Shown: positions 9,223 to 19,255 of the stretch, piece after piece
Numbering within the stretch: position 1 is the stretch's first letter
Layout: every line of letters begins with the position of its first letter
Assembly: GCA_045863395.1 (NCBI GenBank)
Contig: BTVJ01000003.1
Coordinates: forward strand, 96,001 to 160,000
Length of the DNA stretch: 64,000 bases
Origin: Myxococcales bacterium
Lineage (GTDB): Bacteria > Myxococcota_A > UBA9042 > JABWCM01 > BTVJ01
Reading direction: 5' to 3'
Notes under the pieces: generated by a model
Database searches by the model: none
The model's input: only the letters and a program-made list of their open reading frames with translations
Told to the model about the DNA's origin: nothing
Program-made: the position numbers and the translations under genes

Positions 9223-10716
9223 ATGCACGACCGACCTCTGACTGTCCTGGCTGCCATGTCGTTTGAGACCGTGTTTCTGGGCGTGTATGCCTCCTTGCTG
9301 GTATTCCTCAGCATTTACGGGCTTCATCGCTACTACATGGCTTTCCTCTATTTCCGGCACAAGCGCAACGTGCCGGTGCCGAAGGCCATCCTGACGGATC
9401 TGCCGCCTGTAACCATCCAGCTCCCCATGTTCAATGAGCAGTACGTGGCGGAGCGCCTGATCGAGGCGACCTGTCGCATCCGCTATCCCAAGGATCGCCT
9501 CGAGATCCAGGTCCTCGACGACTCGACGGACGAGACGAGGGAGGTGGCACGCCAGTGCGTGGAGCGCATGCGGGCCGATGGTTACGACATCGTCTACATT
9601 CACCGCGAGAACCGTAACGGGTACAAGGCGGGGGCCCTCGAGGCCGGGTTGAAGGTGGCGAAGGGCGATCTGGTCGCGGTCTTCGATGCGGACTTCCTGC
9701 CCGAGGCCGACTTCCTGGAGAAGACCGTCCACTATTTCAGCGACGACGGCGTCGGGATGGTCCAGGTCAGGTGGGGTCACTTGAACCGGCGCTTCTCGCT
9801 GCTCACGCGGGCGCAGGCGGTCCTCCTGGATGGGCACTTCATCCTGGAGTCCTGCGCGCGGCACCGCTCGGGGCGCTTCTTCAACTTCAACGGGACGGCG
9901 GGCATCTGGCGGCGGCAGGCCATCGAGGAGGCGGGGGGCTGGCAGCACGACACGCTCACCGAGGACCTCGACCTGAGCTATCGCGCACAGCTCGTCGGCT
10001 GGCGGTTCGTGTTCCTCAAGGATGTGGTCTCCCCTGCGGAGATCCCCGTGGAGATGAACTCCTTCAAGAGCCAGCAGCACCGGTGGGCCAAGGGGTCCAT
10101 CCAAACCGCGCGCAAGCTGCTGCCCAAGATCCTGAAGAGCGACCTGCCGTTCATGGTCAAGCTCGAGGCGTTCTTCCACCTGACCAACAACATCGCCCAC
10201 CCGTTCATGGTGCTGCTCAGCCTGCTGATGCCGGCGAGCTTGATCATCCGGCTCCAGTGGAACTTCCCCGGGCACCTGTTCCTGGACATCCCCATCTTCC
10301 TCCTGGCGACCGTCTCCATCGGCGTGTTCTACGTCTACGCGCAGAAGGAGGTCGGCATCGGCCTCGTGGAGCGCATGAAGTACCTCCCGGCCGTGCTCTC
10401 CGTGGGCATCGGGCTGTGCATCAACCAGAGCAAGGCCGTGCTGGAGGCGCTGTTCGGCATCCAGAGCGGGTTCACGCGCACGCCGAAGTACAACGTCGTT
10501 GCCACCAACAAGGACTGGCTGAAGAAGCGGAACTACCATCGCAAGTTCGACTGGCTCCCCTACGTGGAGCTGGCCCTTGGCCTGTGGTTCACCTTCGCCG
10601 TCGTCTACTCGTTGGTGGTCAAGGCGTGGATGGCGACGCCCTTCATGATGCTCTTCCAGTTCGGCTTCCTCTACGTGTCCCTCCTGTCCTTCCTGCAGAC
10701 GCGCGCTCACGCCTGA
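9223..10716 (+). CDS. Processive GT2 glycosyltransferase (cellulose synthase-like / CslA mannan-synthase-like)
   Basis: TIQLPMFNE, VLDDSTD, GYKAGAL, FDADF, LTEDLDLS, QQHRWAKG (D,D,D,QxxRW), multiple C-terminal TM helices; alternative start 9256. Confidence 0.9.
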   Translation: MHDRPLTVLAAMSFETVFLGVYASLLVFLSIYGLHRYYMAFLYFRHKRNVPVPKAILTDLPPVTIQLPMFNEQYVAERLIEATCRIRYPKDRLEIQVLDDSTDETREVARQCVERMRADGYDIVYIHRENRNGYKAGALEAGLKVAKGDLVAVFDADFLPEADFLEKTVHYFSDDGVGMVQVRWGHLNRRFSLLTRAQAVLLDGHFILESCARHRSGRFFNFNGTAGIWRRQAIEEAGGWQHDTLTEDLDLSYRAQLVGWRFVFLKDVVSPAEIPVEMNSFKSQQHRWAKGSIQTARKLLPKILKSDLPFMVKLEAFFHLTNNIAHPFMVLLSLLMPASLIIRLQWNFPGHLFLDIPIFLLATVSIGVFYVYAQKEVGIGLVERMKYLPAVLSVGIGLCINQSKAVLEALFGIQSGFTRTPKYNVVATNKDWLKKRNYHRKFDWLPYVELALGLWFTFAVVYSLVVKAWMATPFMMLFQFGFLYVSLLSFLQTRAHA

Positions 10717-10892
10717 CCCGGCGAGGCTGCTCGGCACCCTCCAAGCCCCTCGTGGACGCCTCCGGCGACCGGCAGTATGCTCCGTCTACGCAGAGACACG
10801 ACGGTCCGTGCCCCCACGGCGAGACGTCTGCCGCCCTGCTGATCGAGGCGCACCCCGCCCCGCTCGTTGCACTAGATCTGATGAGGGACCCT

Positions 10893-13800
10893 ATGAGCGT
10901 GTGGACCAGGATTCTCCTCGCGTTGGCGCTGGGTGTCATGGGGTGCGGTGCCGACGGCGAGACGCCGCTTCCCTCCGGGGATGCGGGTGCGGCCTCCGAT
11001 GCCGGGGACGGCGGCGACGGGGGCGGTGCCGATGCGGGCGCCGACAGCGGGGGAGGGGCGCTGGACGTGCTGGACGGCTCCGATGGTCCTGCGGATGGGG
11101 GTGAGGTCCCGGGCCTGGACGTCGCTGGGGTCGACGCCCACGGCGGGGATGGGGTGGCAGAGGACGTCTCCACCCCCGAGTGCGCGACCGACGAGGAGTG
11201 CGCCGCCGGCGACCCGGACCTGTGCGACGGGGCCCGGCACTGCGTGGAGGGCGCCTGCGTCGAGTCGGGCGAGGCGGTGCAGTGCCCCGCGGACCCGCCA
11301 GGCGGGTGCGCCGCCTGGGCGTGCGTGCCCGCGACGGGGCAGTGCGTGAAGGGCCCACGGCCGGACGGCGCCTCCTGTGACGATGGCGACGCGTGCACCG
11401 CCAAGGACGCCTGCGTGGGCGGGGCGTGCGCGGGGACGCCGGGACCCTGCCCGTGCGCCACCATCGCGGACTGCGCGCCGTGGGAGGACGGGGACCTGTG
11501 CAACGGGACGCTCGCCTGCAAGCCCGGCGGCTGCGTCATCGACGCGACCACCATCGTCTCCTGCGAGGGCGAGGGAGGCAACTGCACCACCTCGACCTGC
11601 AACAAGGCAACGGGGCTCTGCGTTGTCGTGGGCTCGGTGGACGGCGCGCCGTGCGACGACGGCGACGCCTGCACCGTCGGGACGGTCTGTGACGGCGGCG
11701 CGTGCGGCGGCGGGACGCAGGCGAGCTGCGACGACGGCGCTCCCTGTACGGCGGACTCCTGCGTTGATGGCGTGTGCCAGTATCTGCCGGTGCAGGGTTG
11801 CCTCCCCTGCGCGGCGTCCGCCGACTGCGGCGACGGCAAGCCCTGCACCACCGACGTCTGCGCCGGGGGCGTCTGCTCTTGGGCGCCCAAGGCCGGGTGC
11901 TCCGGGTGCGCGGCCCACGCGGACTGCAACGACGGCAACGCGTGCAGCGCCGACATCTGCGCGGGTGGCTCCTGCACATGGGTGCCCGCTGCGCAGTGCG
12001 TGCCTTGCGTGTCGGACGCCGGGTGTGGCGATGGGAACCCGTGCACTGCGGACTCGTGCACCGCCGGCAAGTGCGCCAACGCGCCCCTCGCCGGGTGCAC
12101 GGGGTGCTCCGACGACATCGACTGCTCCGACGGCGACGCGTGCACGTCGGACGAGTGCGGCGCCGCAGGGTGCAGCCACGGCGGCGTGGCCGGGTGCCGG
12201 GCGTGCGTCTGGGCGTCCGAGTGCGGTGACGGGGACCCGTGCACCGTCGATGGCTGCGTGAGCGGCGCCTGTGCGTACGCTCCGATTGGAGGGTGTGCAG
12301 GCTGCACGAGCGCTGACGAGTGCAGCGACGGCAACGCATGCACCACCGACTCGTGCGTGTCGGGCGGTTGCCAGCACGCCCTGGTGAGCGCGTGCACGCC
12401 CTGCGGGAGCGCCGCGGACTGTGGGGATGGGGATCCCTGCACCAAGGACGGGTGCCTCATGGGGGCGTGCGTCAACACGCCCCTGGAGGACTGCACCGCC
12501 TGTGGATCCTCTGCGGACTGCAACGACGGGAACGCCTGCACGGGCGACGCGTGTGTCGCGGGGGACTGTGCGTACACGAAGATCCCGGGCTGCATTCCGT
12601 GCAAAGGTGCCGCGGACTGCGGGGACGGCGACCCCTGCACCACCGACGGCTGCGCTGCGGGCGCCTGCGTCTCGGCGCCGGTGCCCGGGTGCGCCGGGTG
12701 CTCGGGGCATGCCGAGTGCAACGACGGCAACGCGTGCACGACGGACGCCTGCGTCGGGGGGGCGTGCCAGCACACCCAGCTCCCCGGGTGCACGAAGTGC
12801 GGGACCGACGGGGACTGCGCCGATGGTGACGGCTGCACCAAGGACTCCTGCGCCGCGGGGGCGTGCATCAACGCGGTCGTGGTCGGGTGCAAGCCGTGCA
12901 AGGGCGCCGCGGACTGCGATGACGGCGACGGCTGCACGAGCGACGCGTGCGCGGGCGGCGCGTGCGCCTGGAGCGGCGTCCCCGGGTGCAAGCCCTGCGC
13001 GGTCGCCGCCGCATGCGACGACGGGGACCCTTGCACCACGGAGAGCTGCGATCAGAAGGCGTGCGTCCACGTGACGGTGCCGGCGTGCGGGGAGTGCGGG
13101 CCGGAGGTGGGCTGCGACGACGGGTGCCCATGCACGGTCGACGAGTGCCAAGACGGCGTGTGCGTCCACGCTCCGGTGCCTGGGTGCCTCGAGTGCGTCA
13201 CACACGGCGACTGCGACGACGGCGACCCATGCACGGTCGACACGTGCGATCCGGGTGGCGCATGCGGGTGCAAGAGCGAGCCGATCCTCGGGTGCGTGAA
13301 CTGCCTGCTCGACGCCCACTGCGGTGATGGAGACCCCTGCACCATCGACACGTGCATCGGGCTCGAGTGCGCGCACTCCGTGGTGCCGGGCTGCGTCCCC
13401 TGCGGTGACGCCGGCGACTGTGACGACGGGGTGGTGTGTACCGAGGACCTGTGCGTCGAGCCGGGGCTGTGCGAGCACCAGGACCTCGGCGGGTGCACTG
13501 GTGTCCCCTGCGCGGCGGGCGAGTGCGACGACGGCGACGGCTGCACGGTCGACGCGTGCATCGCTGGGAGCTACTGCACCTTCACGGTCATCGACGGGTG
13601 CATGGAGTGCGCGTCCGACGGCGACTGCGACGACGGCGACGGCTGCACTGCCGACGCCTGCACGGGCGAGGGCAAGTGTACGCACGACGCGGCGCCCGGG
13701 TGCGTGAGCTGCGAGACGGCGACCGACTGCTCCGTGGAGCCGTGCGAGGCGGCGACGTGCGCGGAGGGCGTGTGTGTCGTGGCGGCGGTCCCCGGGTGTA

Positions 13801-15002
13801 CCCCCTGCGTCGCCGGCTGCGACGATGGGGATGCCTGCACCGACGACGCCTGCGACGAGGGGGGCGCGTGCGCTCATGTCCCGGTCACCCCGTGTGTGCC
13901 GTGCTCCGTCGCAGGCGACTGCGATGACGGGTCACCCTGCACCGTCGACACCTGCGCCCCCATTGGAGTCTGTCGCTACATCGCCGTTTCGGGGTGTCTG
14001 CCGTGCCTGGGGCCCGCCTCCTGCGCCGACGGAGACCCCTGCTCGGAAGACGCGTGCACGGACGGGGCGTGCCGGTGGACCTTGGCGTCGGGCTGCGCCC
14101 CCTGCGATGAGGACGTCGAGTGCGGTGACGGCGCACCTTGCACCGATGACGTGTGCGGACCCGACGGGGTGTGTCGCCACCTGCCCGTGCCCGGGTGCTT
14201 GCCCTGCGCGGGGGGATGCGCAGGCGTGTGCGTGGAGGGCACGTGCGGAGTCGACCAGACCTGCGTGTTCGTACCCGCGGACGGGTGCGCACCGTGCGCC
14301 GTTGGTTGCGACGACGGCGATCCGTGTACCTGGGACGTGTGCAATGACGCGGGCGCGTGTGTGAGCGGGCCCGTGGCCGGGTGCTCCCCCTGCGGCGCGG
14401 ACACGGACTGCGACGACGGGGACCCGTGTACCGTCGACGCCTGCGCTCCGGCTGGCGTGTGCACCCACGCCGCGACCCTCGGGTGCGTGCCTTGTGCCGC
14501 CCCCGAGGCGTGCGACGACGGCGACGGCTGCACGGCTGACGAGTGCCTGGACGGCGTGTGCGCGCGCTCGCTGGTGGACGGGTGCCCTCCCTGCGAGGAG
14601 GCGGCCTCCTGCAACGACGGGGACGCCTGCACGGCGGACCTGTGCAGCATCGGCGGGCTGTGCGAGCACGAGGCCGTCGCGGGGTGCCGGGCATGCACCG
14701 GAGCCGGCTCTTGGGAGTGCGACGACGGCAACGCCTGCACCGCGGACTCGTGCCAGGGCGGGGCGTGCGTGAGCAGCGCCTACCCGGGCTGCCTCCCCTG
14801 CGCGACGGCCGCGGACTGCACCGACCCAGACCCTTGCACGGCGGAGGCCTGCGCCTCCGGGACGTGCTACTACCCCGCCGCGGCCGGGGTCCCCGGCTGC
14901 GAGACCTGCGTCAGCGCCGCCGACTGCAACGACGGGAACCCATGCACCATCGATAGCTGCCCGCCGTCTGGGCTGTGCGCCCACTTCAACTTCTGTAACT
15001 GA
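10893..15002 (+). CDS. Giant Cys-rich tandem-repeat lipoprotein (1,369 aa)
   Basis: MSVWTRILLALALGVMGC lipobox, Gly/Asp linker, ~35 repeats of C-x-DG-x-x-CT-x-D-x-C...GxC...GC. Confidence 0.85.
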   Translation: MSVWTRILLALALGVMGCGADGETPLPSGDAGAASDAGDGGDGGGADAGADSGGGALDVLDGSDGPADGGEVPGLDVAGVDAHGGDGVAEDVSTPECATDEECAAGDPDLCDGARHCVEGACVESGEAVQCPADPPGGCAAWACVPATGQCVKGPRPDGASCDDGDACTAKDACVGGACAGTPGPCPCATIADCAPWEDGDLCNGTLACKPGGCVIDATTIVSCEGEGGNCTTSTCNKATGLCVVVGSVDGAPCDDGDACTVGTVCDGGACGGGTQASCDDGAPCTADSCVDGVCQYLPVQGCLPCAASADCGDGKPCTTDVCAGGVCSWAPKAGCSGCAAHADCNDGNACSADICAGGSCTWVPAAQCVPCVSDAGCGDGNPCTADSCTAGKCANAPLAGCTGCSDDIDCSDGDACTSDECGAAGCSHGGVAGCRACVWASECGDGDPCTVDGCVSGACAYAPIGGCAGCTSADECSDGNACTTDSCVSGGCQHALVSACTPCGSAADCGDGDPCTKDGCLMGACVNTPLEDCTACGSSADCNDGNACTGDACVAGDCAYTKIPGCIPCKGAADCGDGDPCTTDGCAAGACVSAPVPGCAGCSGHAECNDGNACTTDACVGGACQHTQLPGCTKCGTDGDCADGDGCTKDSCAAGACINAVVVGCKPCKGAADCDDGDGCTSDACAGGACAWSGVPGCKPCAVAAACDDGDPCTTESCDQKACVHVTVPACGECGPEVGCDDGCPCTVDECQDGVCVHAPVPGCLECVTHGDCDDGDPCTVDTCDPGGACGCKSEPILGCVNCLLDAHCGDGDPCTIDTCIGLECAHSVVPGCVPCGDAGDCDDGVVCTEDLCVEPGLCEHQDLGGCTGVPCAAGECDDGDGCTVDACIAGSYCTFTVIDGCMECASDGDCDDGDGCTADACTGEGKCTHDAAPGCVSCETATDCSVEPCEAATCAEGVCVVAAVPGCTPCVAGCDDGDACTDDACDEGGACAHVPVTPCVPCSVAGDCDDGSPCTVDTCAPIGVCRYIAVSGCLPCLGPASCADGDPCSEDACTDGACRWTLASGCAPCDEDVECGDGAPCTDDVCGPDGVCRHLPVPGCLPCAGGCAGVCVEGTCGVDQTCVFVPADGCAPCAVGCDDGDPCTWDVCNDAGACVSGPVAGCSPCGADTDCDDGDPCTVDACAPAGVCTHAATLGCVPCAAPEACDDGDGCTADECLDGVCARSLVDGCPPCEEAASCNDGDACTADLCSIGGLCEHEAVAGCRACTGAGSWECDDGNACTADSCQGGACVSSAYPGCLPCATAADCTDPDPCTAEACASGTCYYPAAAGVPGCETCVSAADCNDGNPCTIDSCPPSGLCAHFNFCN

Positions 15003-15045
15003 CGGACGTGCCGCACGGGTCGCGGCGCACTCGGCCGAGCGCCGG

Positions 15046-15798
15046 TCAGCGCGGCCGGGCATGCAGCAGGAACTCCACGTTGCCCTTGGTGCCCGTGATG
15101 GGCGACTCCATGGTGCCCGCCACCGGCCAACCGAGGTGACCCCCGCACAGAGCCACGATGCCGGCCAGCGCGCGCTCCCGGGCCGCCGGATCGCGCACGA
15201 TCCCCCCCTTGCCCACCTCCGCGTGCCCGACCTCGAACTGGGGCTTGACCAAGGCGATGACGTCGGCGGGGCGTCGAAGCACCGTGCCCAGCACCGGGAG
15301 GATCAGGCGAAGGGAGATGAAGGACACGTCGACCACGGCCAGGTCGGCGCCGGCGGCCGCGATGGCCGCGTGCAGGGGCGACTCCGGGAGCAGCCGGAAG
15401 TTCAGCCGCTCGTGGACCTGCACTCGTGGGTCGCTTCGGATGCGCCAGTCGAGCTGATTCGAGCCGACGTCGATGGCGATGACCCGGGCAGCGCCGCGCT
15501 GAAGCAGGCAGTCGGTGAAGCCGCCGGTGCTCGCCCCCACGTCGAGGGCCGTGCGGCCCGTGGGGTCCACGCCGAAGTGATCGAGGGCTCCGGCCAGCTT
15601 CAGTCCGCCGCGCGAGACGTAGGGGCAGGGGTCGCGGAGCACACGGATGACCGCTGACTCCTTGATGGGCGTGCCCGGCTTGTCCACGAGGCGCTCGTCG
15701 ACCCGCACCTCACCGGCGCGGATCAGGCCCTGGGCGCGCTCGCGGGTCTCGGCGAGGCCTCGCTCGACCAGGAGCTGGTCGAGACGGCGGCGTGTCAA
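15046..15798 (-). CDS. tlyA: TlyA family rRNA 2'-O-methyltransferase
   Basis: RRRLDQLLVERGL S4 domain, YVSRGGLKL, LDVGASTGGFTD, DVSFISL, LVKPQFE; TTG start overlapping xseB stop. Confidence 0.93.
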   Translation of the reverse strand: MTRRRLDQLLVERGLAETRERAQGLIRAGEVRVDERLVDKPGTPIKESAVIRVLRDPCPYVSRGGLKLAGALDHFGVDPTGRTALDVGASTGGFTDCLLQRGAARVIAIDVGSNQLDWRIRSDPRVQVHERLNFRLLPESPLHAAIAAAGADLAVVDVSFISLRLILPVLGTVLRRPADVIALVKPQFEVGHAEVGKGGIVRDPAARERALAGIVALCGGHLGWPVAGTMESPITGTKGNVEFLLHARPR

Positions 15799-16061
15799 CG
15801 GGGCTCCTCCGGGCCCTCGAAGGGCTGGATCTGCGGGTCCCCATCGGGCCCCCGCAGCAGGACCTCGACCCGCCGCTCTGCCTGGTCCAGCAGCGTAGAC
15901 CCCTGGCGCGACAGGGCCATGCCGCGCTCGAACAGCCGCAGCGACTCGTCGAGGGGCAGGTTGCCGGCCTCCAGGCGCGCGACCAGGGTCTCCAGCTCCG
16001 TCAGGATGGTCTCGAAGGGCGGCGGGCCCTCTGTGGCGGGCGCGTCGGGGCTCTCGGACAT
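15795..16061 (-). CDS. xseB: Exodeoxyribonuclease VII small subunit
   Basis: FETILTELETLVARLEAGNLPLDESLRLFERGMAL...LDQAERRV. Confidence 0.92.
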   Translation of the reverse strand: MSESPDAPATEGPPPFETILTELETLVARLEAGNLPLDESLRLFERGMALSRQGSTLLDQAERRVEVLLRGPDGDPQIQPFEGPEEPR

Positions 16062-16122
16062 CGGCTCCTCCGTGGTCATGGACGCGGGCGAGTATAGGGG
16101 CGGCGCCGCCGGCTGTCACCCG

Positions 16123-16932
16123 CTACCAGACCATGACCCCCGCGTAGCCGACGACCTCCGCGTCGTCGCCGGTGATGGCGCCGGAGTGGGTGTGGGACAC
16201 GACCCGGGCCGCGGTGGCGCCAAGGGCGATGGCAGCGCGGAGCATGACCACGGCAGGCACCACGCCGCACATGGAGATGTCGTTGTCTGCGACCACCCGG
16301 TAGAGGGCCGCGGGGTCCAGGGCGCGCAGCTCCGCGAGGGCAAGCTCGTCCTTGCGCAGCGTCGCCGCAGCGCTCTCGTAGTGGTTCATGTCGCTGCTCG
16401 CGACGATGAGCACGTCGCCCGCGTCGCGAACCGCCCCAGCGATGGCGTCGCCGAGCGCCAGCGCGTCGTCGAGGCTCAGGTGGCGTAGCGCGACGGGGGT
16501 GACGCGGACCCCCGGGTTGCGCGCGTGGAGGAAGGGGAGCTGGAGCTCGCCAGAGTGCTCGGCGCGGTGGGCGACGGGGTCGGCGCGGAGCAGGGGCGAG
16601 GCTGCAAGGAGCGCGGAGGCCATGGGCTCGTCCACGGGGACGAGGGCGCCCGGGATCGCCCAGTGCCCGTCGGGCCAGACCGCGCAGGGGCGCCCGTAGC
16701 CGCGATGATTGACGCTGAGGACGATCACCCGCTCCGGCACCTCCACGCGGGCGAACAGGGCGCCGGCCACGCCGCCGCTGTACCTGTAGCCGGCGTGGGG
16801 GCTCATCACGCCGATGCAGCGCTGCGGCGCAACTCCTTCCGGGGGAGCCATCACACGTTGGAGCGTGGCATGCAGCGACGCGGGGTCGCTCGGATACCAG
16901 CCGGCTTGGGCGAAGAAGGGCTCTCGGATCAT
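16123..16932 (-). CDS. amrB: AmmeMemoRadiSam system protein B (MEMO1 family)
   Basis: AGWYP, PHAGYRYSG, EHSGELQLPFL, VASSDMNHY, ISMCG, VVGYAG. Confidence 0.9.
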   Translation of the reverse strand: MIREPFFAQAGWYPSDPASLHATLQRVMAPPEGVAPQRCIGVMSPHAGYRYSGGVAGALFARVEVPERVIVLSVNHRGYGRPCAVWPDGHWAIPGALVPVDEPMASALLAASPLLRADPVAHRAEHSGELQLPFLHARNPGVRVTPVALRHLSLDDALALGDAIAGAVRDAGDVLIVASSDMNHYESAAATLRKDELALAELRALDPAALYRVVADNDISMCGVVPAVVMLRAAIALGATAARVVSHTHSGAITGDDAEVVGYAGVMVW

Positions 16933-16992
16933 GGGGCACCTCCACGGTGACGCCCCGTGAGTGTGGATCCGCTGCCGGTGTCGTGCAACCCG

Positions 16993-17877
16993 TCAGTGCG
17001 GGTGGGTGCGCAGGAACTTCTCGATGCGGAGCGCAAGCAGCTCCGGGAACTCCAGGGGGACGTAGTGGGTCGCGCTCGGCACGACGAAGAGCTCCGCGTC
17101 CGGGAGCGAGTCCGCCATGCGCCGCGCCACGGAGGCGGGGGTGAACAGGTCCCGCTCACCCGCGATGACCAGCACCGGGACGCGGATGGACTCGAGGACG
17201 TCCCACGCGTCGTGGTTGCCGAGCCGCTCGAAGATCTCGGTGTAGGCGCCGAAGTCCAGGCGCACATACTCGGACGCCAGCTCCATGAACAGCTCCACGT
17301 CCGCCGTGTGGCCGAGCAGCCCAATCTGGCGGAGCGCCCAGACCGCGGCCCGCGAGCCGGCCACGTGGGGAGCCACGCCGCTGGCGAGCGTCCAGTTGCG
17401 CCGCACGATGTCCAGCACGCCGGGCATGAACCGCTCGAGGAGATCGGATCGGAAGGCGGTGCGAAACGGGGAGCCACAGGTGCCGTTGATGGCGACGAAG
17501 GCCCGCGCACGGTCCGGGTGCATGCGGTGGAACTCGAAGGCCACCTGGACGCCCATGCTCCAGCCGAGGACGGTCGGGGCCTCGATGCACTCGGCGTCCA
17601 GGACCGCGGCCATGTCGCGGACATGGTCCTGCACCTCGTAGGCGTCCACGGAGGGGGCGGGCTCCGAGGCGTACAGGCCGCGGTAGTCCCAGCTCACGAT
17701 GCGGTTTTCCGGGCCAAACCAGTCGATGAGGTGCCGCCAGGCGCGGATGTTGCCCCCCAGACCATTGGCGAGGACCATCGGGGGGCCGTCCGGGTTGCCG
17801 GCGACGTGATAGGTGAGGCGGGTCCCGTCGAAGCTCGTCACGGTGCGGACGTCGACGGGGACGTTCTTGCGGGTCAT
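16993..17877 (-). CDS. Alpha/beta hydrolase
   Basis: LANGLGG, WDYRG, GWSMG nucleophile elbow, GERDLFTP, ATHY. Confidence 0.88.
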   Translation of the reverse strand: MTRKNVPVDVRTVTSFDGTRLTYHVAGNPDGPPMVLANGLGGNIRAWRHLIDWFGPENRIVSWDYRGLYASEPAPSVDAYEVQDHVRDMAAVLDAECIEAPTVLGWSMGVQVAFEFHRMHPDRARAFVAINGTCGSPFRTAFRSDLLERFMPGVLDIVRRNWTLASGVAPHVAGSRAAVWALRQIGLLGHTADVELFMELASEYVRLDFGAYTEIFERLGNHDAWDVLESIRVPVLVIAGERDLFTPASVARRMADSLPDAELFVVPSATHYVPLEFPELLALRIEKFLRTHPH

Positions 17878-17939
17878 GGGACCTCCTGGCGCCGGGAGCA
17901 TAGCAGCGGTGGCGGCCGGCGACAACGCGCCATTCGGCG

Positions 17940-19190
17940 TCACCGGGGGAGGGGAGAGCCGTGGCGAGTCACCTCGGTGCCATCTGGCAGGAAGAAGCGC
18001 GCGCGGCCGTTCACCGCGTCGTCCGTGTAGTCCCAGCCATACGCGGCGATGCCCGAGCCGTCTGTCACGGGCTGACCGTCCAGGCCCACCCAGGCCTTGC
18101 GGACGAGGCGACCCTGCGTGTCGACCGCCAGGACCGTTCGGGCGATCCCGCGGAAGGTGGCGACCGGGGAGCCGCCCCCGTCCAGGGTCTCCTCCAGCAC
18201 CGCGTGGCCCTGCGCGTCCCGCTCCGTGCGGGTCGTCACCACCCCATCGGTGGTGGGCGCCGGGGCGCGGGTCGGGCCGAGGCGTGTGGTCCGCAGCGCG
18301 TTGCCCGCGAAGTCGCGCTCCGTGACCAGGACGCTCGCCCCCGTGAGGTCCGCCATCGGGGCGCCGGTGGCGTCGTGGTAGGACACCTCCACGGGCATGT
18401 CGGCGGGGTTGTGAGCGGTGCGAACGCTCCAGAGCCCCTGCGGGCCGGGCACCGGGGCGCCGTCGAGGCCGACCCAGCGCTGCTCCAGTACGGCACCAGT
18501 CGACGAGCGGCGCAGGACCACCGCGTGGGCGGCGCCTCCCCACGGGGTCGTGGGGCGGCCCTCTGCGTCCTGCGCGCGCCGCTCCACGACGAGGCCGTCC
18601 CGCACGGTGAGCAGCTCCACTCCGGATGGGTCGGTGCGTGTCCATCCGTCGCCGGGTCCCGCCGACAGGGTGACCAGGCCGAGGGGGCGTCCCGCCGCGT
18701 CGAGGCGCTCGACGAGCACGTGGGTCGCCGTCGCCTCGCGGTAGAGCTCGACAGCGGGACCGCCATCCTCCCCTTCCAGGGCGCCGCTCCCGTCGCGGCG
18801 CTCGATGCGCGCAAGGCGGCCGCCCTCGCACACATACGCGAAGTGGTCCGCCGGCGGCCGGGGCCCCTTCAGGGCGCCGACCCCGCGCACCTCCAGCTCC
18901 GTGACGCCACGGGCGTGCCACCGGGAGGCGCCGTCCGGGCAGGCCAAGGGGTGCGGAGGGCTGGGAGCGGGCCTCGTAGCTTGGGGCATTGCGGGCCCCC
19001 CGGCGCTCTTTGGGGCAGGGGCCTCCCCTCCGCTCTTCGGGGCAGGGGCCTCCCCTCCGCTCTTTGGGGCCGCGGCCTCTGCCGTGCTTCTCTCGGGCGG
19101 GTGCTCTGGGGCGCCCTGCGGCGGCCCCTCGGCGCGGCAGGCAGCGCTCAGCGCGATGGCGAGGAGCGCAGCGAGAGAACGCGCGCTCAT
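17940..19190 (-). CDS. Lipoprotein with ~33-aa YD-like beta-hairpin repeats
   Basis: MSARSLAALLAIALSAAC lipobox; repeats GASVLVTERDFAGNA, GVVTTRTERDAQGHA, GIARTVLAVDTQGRL. Confidence 0.6.
   Translation of the reverse strand: MSARSLAALLAIALSAACRAEGPPQGAPEHPPERSTAEAAAPKSGGEAPAPKSGGEAPAPKSAGGPAMPQATRPAPSPPHPLACPDGASRWHARGVTELEVRGVGALKGPRPPADHFAYVCEGGRLARIERRDGSGALEGEDGGPAVELYREATATHVLVERLDAAGRPLGLVTLSAGPGDGWTRTDPSGVELLTVRDGLVVERRAQDAEGRPTTPWGGAAHAVVLRRSSTGAVLEQRWVGLDGAPVPGPQGLWSVRTAHNPADMPVEVSYHDATGAPMADLTGASVLVTERDFAGNALRTTRLGPTRAPAPTTDGVVTTRTERDAQGHAVLEETLDGGGSPVATFRGIARTVLAVDTQGRLVRKAWVGLDGQPVTDGSGIAAYGWDYTDDAVNGRARFFLPDGTEVTRHGSPLPR
19004..19079. repeat. 27-bp tandem repeat x~3 (encodes EAPAPKSGG)
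   Basis: CGCTCTTYGGGGCAGGGGCCTCCCCTC at 19004 and 19031, partial copy at 19058. Confidence 0.85.
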
Positions 19191-19255
19191 GGACGCACCC
19201 GCCTGGCGCCTTGCCGGGTACCGGTAGGGCCCCTGTTCTTGTAGACTCCGCGCCC

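Noticed and set aside
9771..10892. N-terminal extension of the 1,743-aa ORF overlapping the GT2 gene
   Set aside because: Real start is ATG 10893 with a lipoprotein signal; upstream part is out-of-frame overlap. Similar over-extensions were trimmed for nadB, tlyA, cca, mnmG, argC, DsbA and GMC
11170..15000. Periodic ~100-bp DNA repeats as a possible CRISPR array
   Set aside because: Degenerate at third codon positions and in frame with protein repeats; no constant repeat/unique spacer pattern and no cas genes
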